From positions 1,380,001 through 1,412,000 of the forward strand of contig NZ_JAGIOS010000001.1 of assembly GCF_017876815.1 (NCBI RefSeq): a DNA stretch of 32,000 bases, in the 5' to 3' direction. The notes beneath the pieces were generated by a model that did no database searches, was not told the DNA's origin, and worked only from the letters and a program-made list of their open reading frames with translations. Shown piece by piece: positions 9,949-17,425 of this stretch; position 1 is the stretch's first letter, and every line of letters begins with the position of its first letter. A program made the position numbers and the translations under genes. This stretch comes from Sinorhizobium meliloti (lineage in GTDB: Bacteria > Pseudomonadota > Alphaproteobacteria > Rhizobiales > Rhizobiaceae).

Positions 9949-10632
9949 ATGCCGCAGGAACGAGTGGATGAAACGGGGTTACCGATGGATATACAGGGCT
10001 TTCCGGAACATCTTCTGACCGGCTACCGCAATTTCATGAGCGGTCGCTTCAACGAACAGCAGCAGCGCTACAAGACGCTCGCCGAGAGCGGTCAGAAACC
10101 GAAGACGATGGTCATCGCCTGTTGCGACTCCCGCGCCGCACCCGAAACGATTTTCGATTCCGGCCCGGGAGAACTCTTCGTGGTGCGCAACGTCGCCAAC
10201 ATGATGCCGCCATACGAACCGGACGGACATTATCACTCGACCTCGGCCGCGCTCGAATTCGCGGTCCAGTCGCTGCGGGTCACCAACATCGTGGTCATGG
10301 GCCACGGGCGCTGCGGCGGCATCAAGGCGGCCCTCGACCCGGACGCCGAGCCCCTCTCCCCGGGCGATTTCATCGGCCGCTGGATGAACCTCCTGAAACC
10401 GGCCGCCGAGCAGATCCAGAGCAACGACGTGATGACTCAGGCGGAACGGCAGCGCGCGCTCGAGCGGGTCTCGATCCGCAATTCGATCGCCAATCTGAGG
10501 ACGTTTCCCTGCGTGAACATTCTCGAGTCGAAGGGAAAGCTGCGCCTGCACGGCGCATGGTTCGACATCTCGACCGGCGAGCTCTGGGTCATGGACGCGA
10601 AGACCGGCGACTTTTCCCGACCGGGAATGTAA
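9949..10632 (+). CDS. Beta-class carbonic anhydrase
   Basis: Zinc-ligand motifs CCDSR (VIACCDSRAAPE) and HGRCGG (VMGHGRCGGIKA). ATG 9949 is preceded by AAGGAG (9933-9938). ATG 9985 is an alternative start. The track start at 9808 adds a non-conserved leader. Confidence 0.9.
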   Translation: MPQERVDETGLPMDIQGFPEHLLTGYRNFMSGRFNEQQQRYKTLAESGQKPKTMVIACCDSRAAPETIFDSGPGELFVVRNVANMMPPYEPDGHYHSTSAALEFAVQSLRVTNIVVMGHGRCGGIKAALDPDAEPLSPGDFIGRWMNLLKPAAEQIQSNDVMTQAERQRALERVSIRNSIANLRTFPCVNILESKGKLRLHGAWFDISTGELWVMDAKTGDFSRPGM

Positions 10633-10646
10633 CGGCCGCCAGTCAG

Positions 10647-10950
10647 GCCCCTCATCCGCCTGCCGGCACCTTCTCCCCGCAGGCGGGGAGAAGGGACAAG
10701 CGGCGCCAACTGAACCCCGCATTCACCGCCCGCCCGAGGGAGCGAGCGGGCGCGGCATATCCCTTCTCCCCGCCTGCGGGGAGAAGGTGGCGGCAGCCGG
10801 TTGAGGGGCAACCGAGACCGAGCGGGGTTGAGGCGGTTGGGTTCCCGAGGGATCCCATTCATGAGCAGTATCCGCCGCACCGGCGCGCAAGAGATATGTG
10901 CATGCCGTAGCCCGCATGCGGGGGAGAGGGTTAGGGTGAGGGGCAAATTG
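10647..10950. repeat. Mosaic palindromic intergenic repeat cluster A (REP/RIME-like)
   Basis: Unit A1 (10647-10695) and unit A2 (10761-10809) are inverted copies, 46/49 identical. Each has a 12-bp hairpin CCTTCTCCCCGC-NN-GCGGGGAGAAGG plus a GGTGCCGGCAGGCGGATGAGGGGC tail. A decayed related unit lies at 10905-10950. The cluster sits between convergent genes. Confidence 0.9.
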
Positions 10951-10978
10951 CAACCGGTTACGCCGGTGAGTCTTTCTG

Positions 10979-11800
10979 TCACCCGCCGTCGATTTCGGCG
11001 CCGATGATGGCGATCGCCTGCTGATAGACGCTGGCGGCATTCCAGCCCTGGATGGCGGCGAAGTTGACCTCGCCCGGCTGATAGCCGCCGCCCGGCTGCC
11101 AACCATGGCCGCGCAGGAAATTCGCCGTCGAGGCAAGCGCATCCGCTTTGGAGCGGACCATGTCGACATGGCCGTTGCCGTCGCCGTCGACGCCGTATTT
11201 CAGCACGTTCACCGGGAGGAATTGCGTCTGTCCGATCTCGCCGTGCGCTGCCCCGCGGGCGGCCGGGCTGAGGTCGCCGCGCTCGACGAGCTGGAGGGCT
11301 GCGTAAAGCTGGTTCGTGAAATAATCCGAGCGGCGACAATCATAGGCGAGCGTCGAGACGGCGGAAAGCGTGTGTTCCTTGCCCAGGAACGAGCCGAAGC
11401 CGGTCTCCATGCCCCAGATGGCGATCAACGGGCCGGCGGGAACGCCGTAGCGCTGCTCGATGCTCTGGAAGAGCCTGGCATTCTGCGCCCGCAGCTTCTT
11501 GCCGCGCGAAATGATCACCTGACCGCCGCGCTTCTGCATGAACTGGTCGAGCGACAGTTTGAAACTCTTCTGGCCGCGATCGGCGCGGATCGTCGCCCTG
11601 CTGTAGGAGACGTTGGCGAGCGCCTGGTCAACTACCGAAGGGCTGATGCCGTTCCCGGCGGCTTCGCGCTTGAATTCCGACAGCCAGGCGGAGAAGCCGC
11701 TGCCGTCATTGCCGCACTGCGCCGCAGAGGCGGCCGCCGGAAGAACTACGGTTGAGATCAGGGCCGCCAGGCCCGCTGCTGCGCTCTTCACCCTATGCAT
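10979..11800 (-). CDS. Lytic murein transglycosylase (MltB/SLT_2-like)
   Basis: Signal peptide MHRVKSAAAGLAALISTVVLPAAASAAQC. Catalytic region IWGMETGFG. ATG at 11798-11800; the track start at 11872 is a GTG that adds 24 aa ahead of the signal peptide. Confidence 0.85.
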   Translation of the reverse strand: MHRVKSAAAGLAALISTVVLPAAASAAQCGNDGSGFSAWLSEFKREAAGNGISPSVVDQALANVSYSRATIRADRGQKSFKLSLDQFMQKRGGQVIISRGKKLRAQNARLFQSIEQRYGVPAGPLIAIWGMETGFGSFLGKEHTLSAVSTLAYDCRRSDYFTNQLYAALQLVERGDLSPAARGAAHGEIGQTQFLPVNVLKYGVDGDGNGHVDMVRSKADALASTANFLRGHGWQPGGGYQPGEVNFAAIQGWNAASVYQQAIAIIGAEIDGG

Positions 11801-11913
11801 AGAATACCCCGTCGATTGCCCGAATCTGTTGCCTTCGAAATTCCCGCTTCGTTTTCCGCTCTTCGCCGGCACGCGGTTTCACGTGAATCCATTGCCCGCC
11901 GACGAACTGCGGA

Positions 11914-11945
11914 CCCCGCCTGTCGCCATAACGAGGCAGGCGGGG
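11914..11945 (-). terminator. Inverted repeat downstream of asd, possible terminator or processing hairpin
   Basis: CCCCGCCTG (11914-11922) and CAGGCGGGG (11937-11945) form a 9-bp stem with a 14-nt loop, 27 nt after the asd stop. There is no U-tract on the minus strand, so asd and the transglycosylase gene may be co-transcribed. Confidence 0.25.
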
Positions 11946-11972
11946 CTTAAAATTTTGCCCGACCGAGGCCGC

Positions 11973-13007
11973 TCAAGCCGCCTGCTTGCGCGGCTTGATC
12001 AGGCCGCGGTTGATCAGCAGCTCTGCGATCTGCACCGCGTTGAGCGCCGCGCCCTTGCGCAGGTTGTCCGAGACGATCCACATGTTGAGGCCGTTTTCGA
12101 CCGTCGCATCCTCGCGGATGCGCGAGATATAGGTCGCGTCCTCGCCGGCGCATTCGTAAGGCGTCACATAGCCGCCGTTCTCATGCTTGTCGACGACCAG
12201 GCAGCCCGGCGCTTCGCGCAGGATCTCGCGCGCCTCGTCGGCGGTGATCTCGTTTTCGAATTCGATATTGACCGATTCCGAATGGCCGATGAAGACCGGA
12301 ACGCGCACGGCCGTGCAGGTCACCTTGATCTTCGGGTCGAGCATCTTCTTGGTTTCGGCCAGAACCTTCCACTCTTCCTTGGTGTAGCCGTCTTCCATGA
12401 AGACGTCGATGTGCGGAATGACGTTGAAGGCGATGCGCTTGGTGAACTTCTTGCTCTCGATCGGATCGGCGACGAACACAGCGCGGGTCTGGTTGAAGAG
12501 CTCGTCCATGCCGTCCTTGCCGGCGCCGGAAACCGACTGATAGGTCGAAACGACGATGCGCTTGATCTTGGCGTGATCGTGCAGCGGCTTCAGCGCCACC
12601 ACGAGCTGCGCCGTCGAGCAATTCGGATTGGCGATGATGTTCTTCTTGGAGAACTGCGCGATCGCGTCCGCGTTCACCTCCGGTACGATCAGCGGAACAT
12701 CGGCGTCGTAGCGCCAGGCCGAGGAATTGTCGATGACGACGCAACCCTCCCGGCCGATCTTCGGCGAATACTTCTGCGAGACGGCGCCGCCGGCCGACAT
12801 CAGGCAAATGTCGGTGTCGGAGAAATCATAGGTGTCGAGGTTCGTCACTTTCAGCGTCTTGTCGCCGTAGGAGACCTCGGTGCCGACCGAGCGCGAGGAG
12901 GCGAGCGCCACCACTTCGTCGGCCGGAAAGCCGCGCTCGGAAAGAATGTTCAGCATCTCCCGGCCGACATTGCCGGTGGCGCCTGCGACAGCAATTTTGA
13001 AACCCAT
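11973..13007 (-). CDS. asd: Aspartate-semialdehyde dehydrogenase
   Basis: 344 aa. Rossmann motif VAGATGNVG, active-site cysteine motif IIANPNCSTAQ, full-length conserved architecture. ATG at 13005-13007. Confidence 0.97.
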   Translation of the reverse strand: MGFKIAVAGATGNVGREMLNILSERGFPADEVVALASSRSVGTEVSYGDKTLKVTNLDTYDFSDTDICLMSAGGAVSQKYSPKIGREGCVVIDNSSAWRYDADVPLIVPEVNADAIAQFSKKNIIANPNCSTAQLVVALKPLHDHAKIKRIVVSTYQSVSGAGKDGMDELFNQTRAVFVADPIESKKFTKRIAFNVIPHIDVFMEDGYTKEEWKVLAETKKMLDPKIKVTCTAVRVPVFIGHSESVNIEFENEITADEAREILREAPGCLVVDKHENGGYVTPYECAGEDATYISRIREDATVENGLNMWIVSDNLRKGAALNAVQIAELLINRGLIKPRKQAA

Positions 13008-13354
13008 GATCTAAGCTCTCTTTCTGTCTCTCCTCGTCTGGTGGAGGGGGAAACCGCGCGGTCCGACCGCGAAGTTCCTGTCCCCGGCCTTACCGGGGAG
13101 AGAGCGGAGGGCCAGAGACGTCAGACGGTTTTCGTCGTCGTTTTGGCCGTGGTTTTGCGAGCGAGCGAGAAATGGCTGATCGGCCCGGCGTGGTGGGCCG
13201 GCAAATTCAGCGCAGCGATGGACGAACCCTTCGGTCGCATGGCGGTTTCCTCGTTCGCCGCTGCTCTTACCGGCTTTTCGGCAAGAGTCAAGCCGCGGAG
13301 GCCTCCCCAGCGATCCGAATGCAGGGCAACGCGGTTTCGCGTTTGCTCGGAAGT

Positions 13355-13405
13355 CTTGAACCGTGAGGCGAAAGAGAGTATATACACGGAAGTAGATACG
13401 GAAGT
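13355..13405 (+). promoter_or_regulatory. Candidate vapBC promoter with direct-repeat operator
   Basis: CTTGAA (13355-13360), a 17-nt spacer, then GTATAT (13378-13383). This fits the rhizobial sigma-70 consensus CTTGAC-N17-CTATAT (recalled). ACGGAAGT occurs twice directly downstream (13386-13393 and 13398-13405). RBS GGGAGG at 13406-13411. Confidence 0.45.
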
Positions 13406-13419
13406 GGGAGGCGACCACC

Positions 13420-13680
13420 ATGCCCCATCTTGCACGGGTGTTCCAGTCCGGAAATTCGCAGGCCGTCCGCCTGCCTAAGGAATTCCGCTTCAACGTCGAT
13501 CGCGTCGAAATCACGCAGGAAGGCGACGCGCTCATTCTCCGCCCGCACGTCGAGCAAGGCGAGCAGTGGTCATCGCTGAAGGCGGCACTTGCCCGTGGCA
13601 TGAGTGAAGACTTCATGATGTGCGGGCGCGAGCAGCCGGAACAGCAGGATCGGTCGGAACTCGACGCGGTATTTCGGTGA
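13420..13680 (+). CDS. vapB: VapB-type antitoxin (AbrB/SpoVT/MazE-like fold)
   Basis: 86 aa. The N-terminus ARVFQSGNSQAVRLPKEFRF is the classic swapped-hairpin DNA-binding motif. The stop overlaps the start of the PIN-domain gene (GTGA). Confidence 0.9.
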   Translation: MPHLARVFQSGNSQAVRLPKEFRFNVDRVEITQEGDALILRPHVEQGEQWSSLKAALARGMSEDFMMCGREQPEQQDRSELDAVFR

Positions 13681-14081
13681 TCTCCCATATTCTCGACACC
13701 AACGCCGTCATCGCTTTGATCGGGCGCAAATCGGATGCATTGGTCACCCGTGTACTCCATAGCCCTCAGGGCATTATCGGGCTCCCGTCGGTCGTCGCGT
13801 ATGAACTCTATTTTGGAGCGCAGAAAAGCGCGAAGGCCCAACACAATCTCGAAACCCTGCGTTTGTTGATGGCGGATTTTCCGATCCTCGACTTCGACCG
13901 GAACGATGCCTTTGTCGCAGGCGAGATCCGGGCCGCCCTTGCCGCGAAGGGTACGCCCATCGGACCTTATGACGTGCTGATTGCGGGACAGGCCAAAGCC
14001 CGTGGATTGACGCTCGTCACCAACAATGTCGGCGAGTTCAATAGGGTTGAGAACCTGCGCGTGGAGGATTGGTCGCTCTAG
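13677..14081 (+). CDS. vapC: VapC-type PIN-domain ribonuclease toxin
   Basis: 134 aa from GTG 13677, a 4-nt overlap with the vapB stop. PIN acidic residues appear in their expected contexts: ILDTN, YELYFG, YDVLIAGQA, LVTNNVGEF. Confidence 0.9.
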   Translation: MISHILDTNAVIALIGRKSDALVTRVLHSPQGIIGLPSVVAYELYFGAQKSAKAQHNLETLRLLMADFPILDFDRNDAFVAGEIRAALAAKGTPIGPYDVLIAGQAKARGLTLVTNNVGEFNRVENLRVEDWSL

Positions 14082-14351
14082 GCCCTGTGGACACTTATGC
14101 ATAGGGATTTGACGGCCCATATTGCGAGGGACTTTCGTGGAAAATCCGGCGCCGCAGGCCGTCCGCCTGCAAGCCGGATTTTTCGCGACAAGGCACCGCA
14201 ATATGGTCCGCTCGAAGGGTTTTGCACAAATCGCCCACTGCCGGCGGCTTTTCCCTTGCAAAGGGGGCAACCCTTTGCTGCGGAAAAATCCTTGGCATTG
14301 ACCGATTTGTGCAAAATCAAACTCCTATCCATAAGCGTCTACAGGTCCTAG
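14077..14351. mobile_element. About 275-bp non-coding nested-palindrome element (MITE-like) flanked by CTAG
   Basis: 28-nt terminal inverted repeats at 14077-14104 and 14324-14351, 24/28 complementary. Two long internal hairpins. Left: 14114-14126 pairs with 14197-14209, enclosing 14141-14150/14173-14182 and 14154-14159/14165-14170. Right: 14220-14233 pairs with 14303-14316 (perfect 14 bp), enclosing 14258-14265/14271-14278. There is no credible ORF inside. Confidence 0.5.
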
Positions 14352-14599
14352 GCCTTGCCCGGTGCCGGCTGCGCGTCGGGAGCCGGGCCGCCTTCCTCAG
14401 GAATTCCCCCATCCTGGTCACGGCATTAGACGAAAGTCATAAGCCCAAAGCATCCCTGCCTCGCGTGCCACTTTTCTGACATCTTGTTGCGAGGCGCACC
14501 ACGCCCGGATGTCAAAGGGGACCCGACGTTCAGGGAGGAATGTCCGGACCGGGGAATGGGCGCTCCAATAGACCGATTTTTGGAGTGGAGGATATCAAA

Positions 14600-16489
14600 A
14601 TGGCAAACGTCGTGACAGCGGGCGGCACAAAAGCCGGCCCGATGACCGGCGAGGAGAAGAAGGTCATCTTCGCCTCGTCGCTCGGTACCGTCTTCGAATG
14701 GTATGATTTCTATCTCTACGGTTCGCTTGCCGTTTATATCGGTGCAACCTTCTTCAGCCAGTATCCCGAGACCACGCGCAACATCTTTGCGCTGCTCGCC
14801 TTCGCCGCCGGCTTCCTTGTCCGGCCGTTCGGCGCGCTGGTTTTCGGCCGCCTGGGAGACCTCGTCGGCCGCAAATACACATTCCTCGTCACCATCCTGA
14901 TCATGGGCGTGTCGACCTTCCTCGTCGGCGTCCTGCCCGGTGCCGCCTCGATCGGCATTGCGGCTCCGATCATCCTGATCGCGCTGCGCCTCCTGCAGGG
15001 CCTTGCGCTCGGCGGCGAATACGGCGGTGCCGCGACTTATGTGGCAGAGCATGCGCCGCATGGTCGCCGCGGCTATTTCACCTCGTGGATCCAGACGACG
15101 GCGACGCTTGGTCTCTTCCTCTCGCTGGTGGTTATCCTTCTGGTCCAGTACATGCTGGGTAAGGAAGCTTTTGCCGAGTGGGGCTGGCGCATACCCTTCC
15201 TGCTCTCCTTCGTACTGCTCGGCGTCTCCGTCTGGATCCGCCTGAAGATGAACGAGTCTCCTGCCTTCAAGAAGATGAAGGAAGAGGGCAAGGGTTCGAA
15301 AGCGCCGCTGACGGAGGCTTTCGGCCAGTGGCGCAACGCCAAGATTGCCCTTCTGGCGCTCTTCGGCGCGGTCGTCGGCCAGGCCGTGGTCTGGTATTCC
15401 GGCCAGTTCTACGCGCTGTTCTTCCTGCAGAGCATCCTGAAGGTCGACGGCCAGTCGGCAAACCTGATGGTTGCCGCCTCGCTCCTTCTCGGCACGGGCT
15501 TTTTCGTCTTCTTCGGCTGGCTGTCGGACAAGATCGGCCGCAAGCCGATCATCATGGCGGGCCTCCTGCTTGCCATGCTCACCTACTTCCCATTGTTCAA
15601 GGCGCTGACCTGGGCCGGCAACCCCGCGCTTGCGGAAGCGCAGCAGAGCGTTCGCGCCACCGTCACCGCGGCTCCGGGCGACTGTAAGTTCCAGTTCAAC
15701 CCGACGGGCACTGCGAAGTTCACCACGTCGTGCGACATCGCCACCGCCTTCCTGACCAAGAACTCGGTTCCCTATGACGTCGTGACCACGGCGGCTGCGG
15801 GTACGCCGGCGACGGTGAAGATCGGCGAAACGACGATCACCAGCTATGACGCTATTGCGGCCGGCGACAGGGCGAAGGCCGAGGAAGCGGCCTTCGGCAA
15901 GCAGATCAACATGGCGCTGCAGGCCTCGGGCTATCCGCTGGTGCGCGGTGCTGCCAAGGTTCCGGAATCGAAGCTCGACGCCTTCGTCGCTGCCAATCCG
16001 GAACTTGGCCTCGACGCCGCTGCCGTGCGCGCCGGCGAAAAGACCATGGTGCCGGCCGACAAGCTCGTCGCCGACAAGCTGCTCACCCAGGAAGAAGTCG
16101 GCAGCGCCACCGAAATGGCGGTCTATAACATCGACAAGGGCGGCGCCTTCACGATGGTGGCCGACCCGGCCCGCGTCAACTGGACGGTGATCATTGCCGT
16201 GCTGACCGTGCTCGTCATCTATGTGACGATGGTCTACGGCCCTATCGCGGCACTGCTCGTCGAACTCTTCCCGACCCGCATCCGCTATACCGGCATGTCG
16301 CTGCCCTACCATATCGGCAATGGCTGGTTCGGCGGGCTGCTTCCGGCAACGGCCTTCGCGATGAGCGCGGCAAAGGGCGATATCTACTACGGCCTCTGGT
16401 ACCCGATCGTTTTCGCGGGCATCACCCTGGTGATCGGTCTTCTGTTCCTGCCCGAGACGAAGGACCGGGATATCCACACGATGGAGTGA
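14600..16489 (+). CDS. MFS transporter, metabolite:H+ symporter (MHS) family, with a large extra loop domain
   Basis: MHS hallmarks GTVFEWYDFYLYG, GFLVRPFGALVFGRLGDLVGRK and LQGLALGGEYGGAATYVAEHAP. ATG 14600 is preceded by GGAGG (14587-14591). About 190 non-hydrophobic residues are inserted between predicted TM9 and TM10. Confidence 0.9.
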   Translation: MANVVTAGGTKAGPMTGEEKKVIFASSLGTVFEWYDFYLYGSLAVYIGATFFSQYPETTRNIFALLAFAAGFLVRPFGALVFGRLGDLVGRKYTFLVTILIMGVSTFLVGVLPGAASIGIAAPIILIALRLLQGLALGGEYGGAATYVAEHAPHGRRGYFTSWIQTTATLGLFLSLVVILLVQYMLGKEAFAEWGWRIPFLLSFVLLGVSVWIRLKMNESPAFKKMKEEGKGSKAPLTEAFGQWRNAKIALLALFGAVVGQAVVWYSGQFYALFFLQSILKVDGQSANLMVAASLLLGTGFFVFFGWLSDKIGRKPIIMAGLLLAMLTYFPLFKALTWAGNPALAEAQQSVRATVTAAPGDCKFQFNPTGTAKFTTSCDIATAFLTKNSVPYDVVTTAAAGTPATVKIGETTITSYDAIAAGDRAKAEEAAFGKQINMALQASGYPLVRGAAKVPESKLDAFVAANPELGLDAAAVRAGEKTMVPADKLVADKLLTQEEVGSATEMAVYNIDKGGAFTMVADPARVNWTVIIAVLTVLVIYVTMVYGPIAALLVELFPTRIRYTGMSLPYHIGNGWFGGLLPATAFAMSAAKGDIYYGLWYPIVFAGITLVIGLLFLPETKDRDIHTME

Positions 16490-16555
16490 GCCGGCGGACG
16501 GGAGCGGGATGGGGAGCGTGTTTCCCATTCCGCTTTCTCAACAGCTCTCCTGACT

Positions 16556-16585
16556 CCGGCGCGGCTTCCGCGCCGGCTTTTTATT
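16556..16585 (+). terminator. Rho-independent terminator of the MHS transporter gene
   Basis: CCGGCGCGG (16556-16564), loop CTT, CCGCGCCGG (16568-16576), then CTTTTTATT. It is preceded by a second 13-bp imperfect hairpin (16503-16534) followed by TTCTC. Confidence 0.8.
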
Positions 16586-16589
16586 CGGT

Positions 16590-17297
16590 TTACTCGGCTC
16601 CCCTTTCCTTGGCCTCGTGCTCCACATGCCTCAGCACAGGCCAGCCGGCCGCACCGAGATTGAACAGCCAGCCCTGCCGGGCAAAGACGAAAGCCATCAT
16701 CAGCGCGACCCAGAGCCCGAGCAGCAGGCCGGCGGCGACATCGCTCGGGTAATGCGCGCCGACGACGACGCGCGAGATGCCGACAAGCAGGGCCAGCAGC
16801 AGAAACAGCGGCCGAAGCTGCGGCATCACCATCGCGAAGGCGCCGAAGAAGGCGCCGGCCGCCGTGGAATGTCCCGACGGGAAGCTTTCGAACAGCGTGT
16901 CGCCGGTGAAGGGCGTGAGGCTGTAGGGGCCGTAATCGGCAAGGAGTTCGGGACGGGCACGGCCGATCAGGAATTTCAGGCCGTGCACCAGCGCGCTCGC
17001 CGTGCCGATCGTCAGCAGGAAATAGGCGGAAAGATTGCGCGCCGCGCGCGCCCTCTGCCGCAAGGTGTCGCGCGCGGAGGATCGCCTGACGACGAAGGCG
17101 ATCAGCAGCAGCAAGGCCGAGCTGTAGATCATCCAGGCGAAGGTGCCGATATCGGTAATGGCGCGGTTGAAGCCGACGACCTCCTCCGGCAGACCTTGCG
17201 CCCATTCGGACAGATGCGGGTCGAAAGGGGTGAAGGCGACGACGAGGACGACCGTCATCAGCCAGATCCAGACGGTCAGTGAAAGCGGTCGGTTCAT
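16590..17297 (-). CDS. PAP2-family (acid/lipid) phosphatase, membrane protein
   Basis: All three PAP2 motifs are present: KFLIGRARP, FPSGHS and SRVVVGAHYPSD. Multiple TM segments. ATG 17295-17297 is preceded by AAGGAG on the minus strand. Confidence 0.9.
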   Translation of the reverse strand: MNRPLSLTVWIWLMTVVLVVAFTPFDPHLSEWAQGLPEEVVGFNRAITDIGTFAWMIYSSALLLLIAFVVRRSSARDTLRQRARAARNLSAYFLLTIGTASALVHGLKFLIGRARPELLADYGPYSLTPFTGDTLFESFPSGHSTAAGAFFGAFAMVMPQLRPLFLLLALLVGISRVVVGAHYPSDVAAGLLLGLWVALMMAFVFARQGWLFNLGAAGWPVLRHVEHEAKERGAE

Positions 17298-17425
17298 TTT
17301 GCTCCTTCCTTCGCCTTATGGATGTGAAGGCGCGGCCGGCAAAATCAAGACCCCGCAAACGCGAAGCACCCCCGGCAAAGCCGGAGGTGCCGTTCTCCAG
17401 GGCCTATTGCGCGAAAGCGCAGCCG

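Noticed and set aside
10647-10950. Possibility that the repeated palindromes (also at 21515-21684 and 30551-30682) are CRISPR arrays
   Set aside because: The units occur in both orientations with irregular spacing, at only 2-3 per locus. There is no constant repeat/spacer periodicity and there are no cas genes.
10122-11339. ORFs 10122..10910 (+, 262 aa) and 10437..11339 (-, 300 aa) crossing the intergenic repeat cluster
   Set aside because: They are off-frame or antisense to the carbonic anhydrase and transglycosylase genes. They stay open only through the palindromic repeats. Peptides such as PAGTFSPQAGRRD are translations of the hairpins in both orientations.
11613-13478. 621-aa plus-strand ORF
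   Set aside because: It is antisense to asd and runs through the asd-vapB intergenic region. No domains are present.
13011-14270. 419-aa minus-strand ORF
   Set aside because: It is antisense to vapB and vapC and extends into the palindromic element. The vapBC reading frames have clear family motifs and translational coupling.
14078-14351. Mirror-image 84-aa ORFs on both strands inside the palindromic element
   Set aside because: Their existence on both strands follows from the dyad symmetry. There is no RBS and no protein-like composition.
14426-16528. 700-aa minus-strand ORF
   Set aside because: It is antisense to the MHS transporter gene and is an Arg/Gly/Asp/His-rich shadow ORF.
16387-17358. 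323-aa minus-strand and 221-aa plus-strand ORFs overlapping the PAP2 gene
   Set aside because: They are off-frame or antisense. Only the 16590..17297 frame carries the three PAP2 motifs and TM segments.
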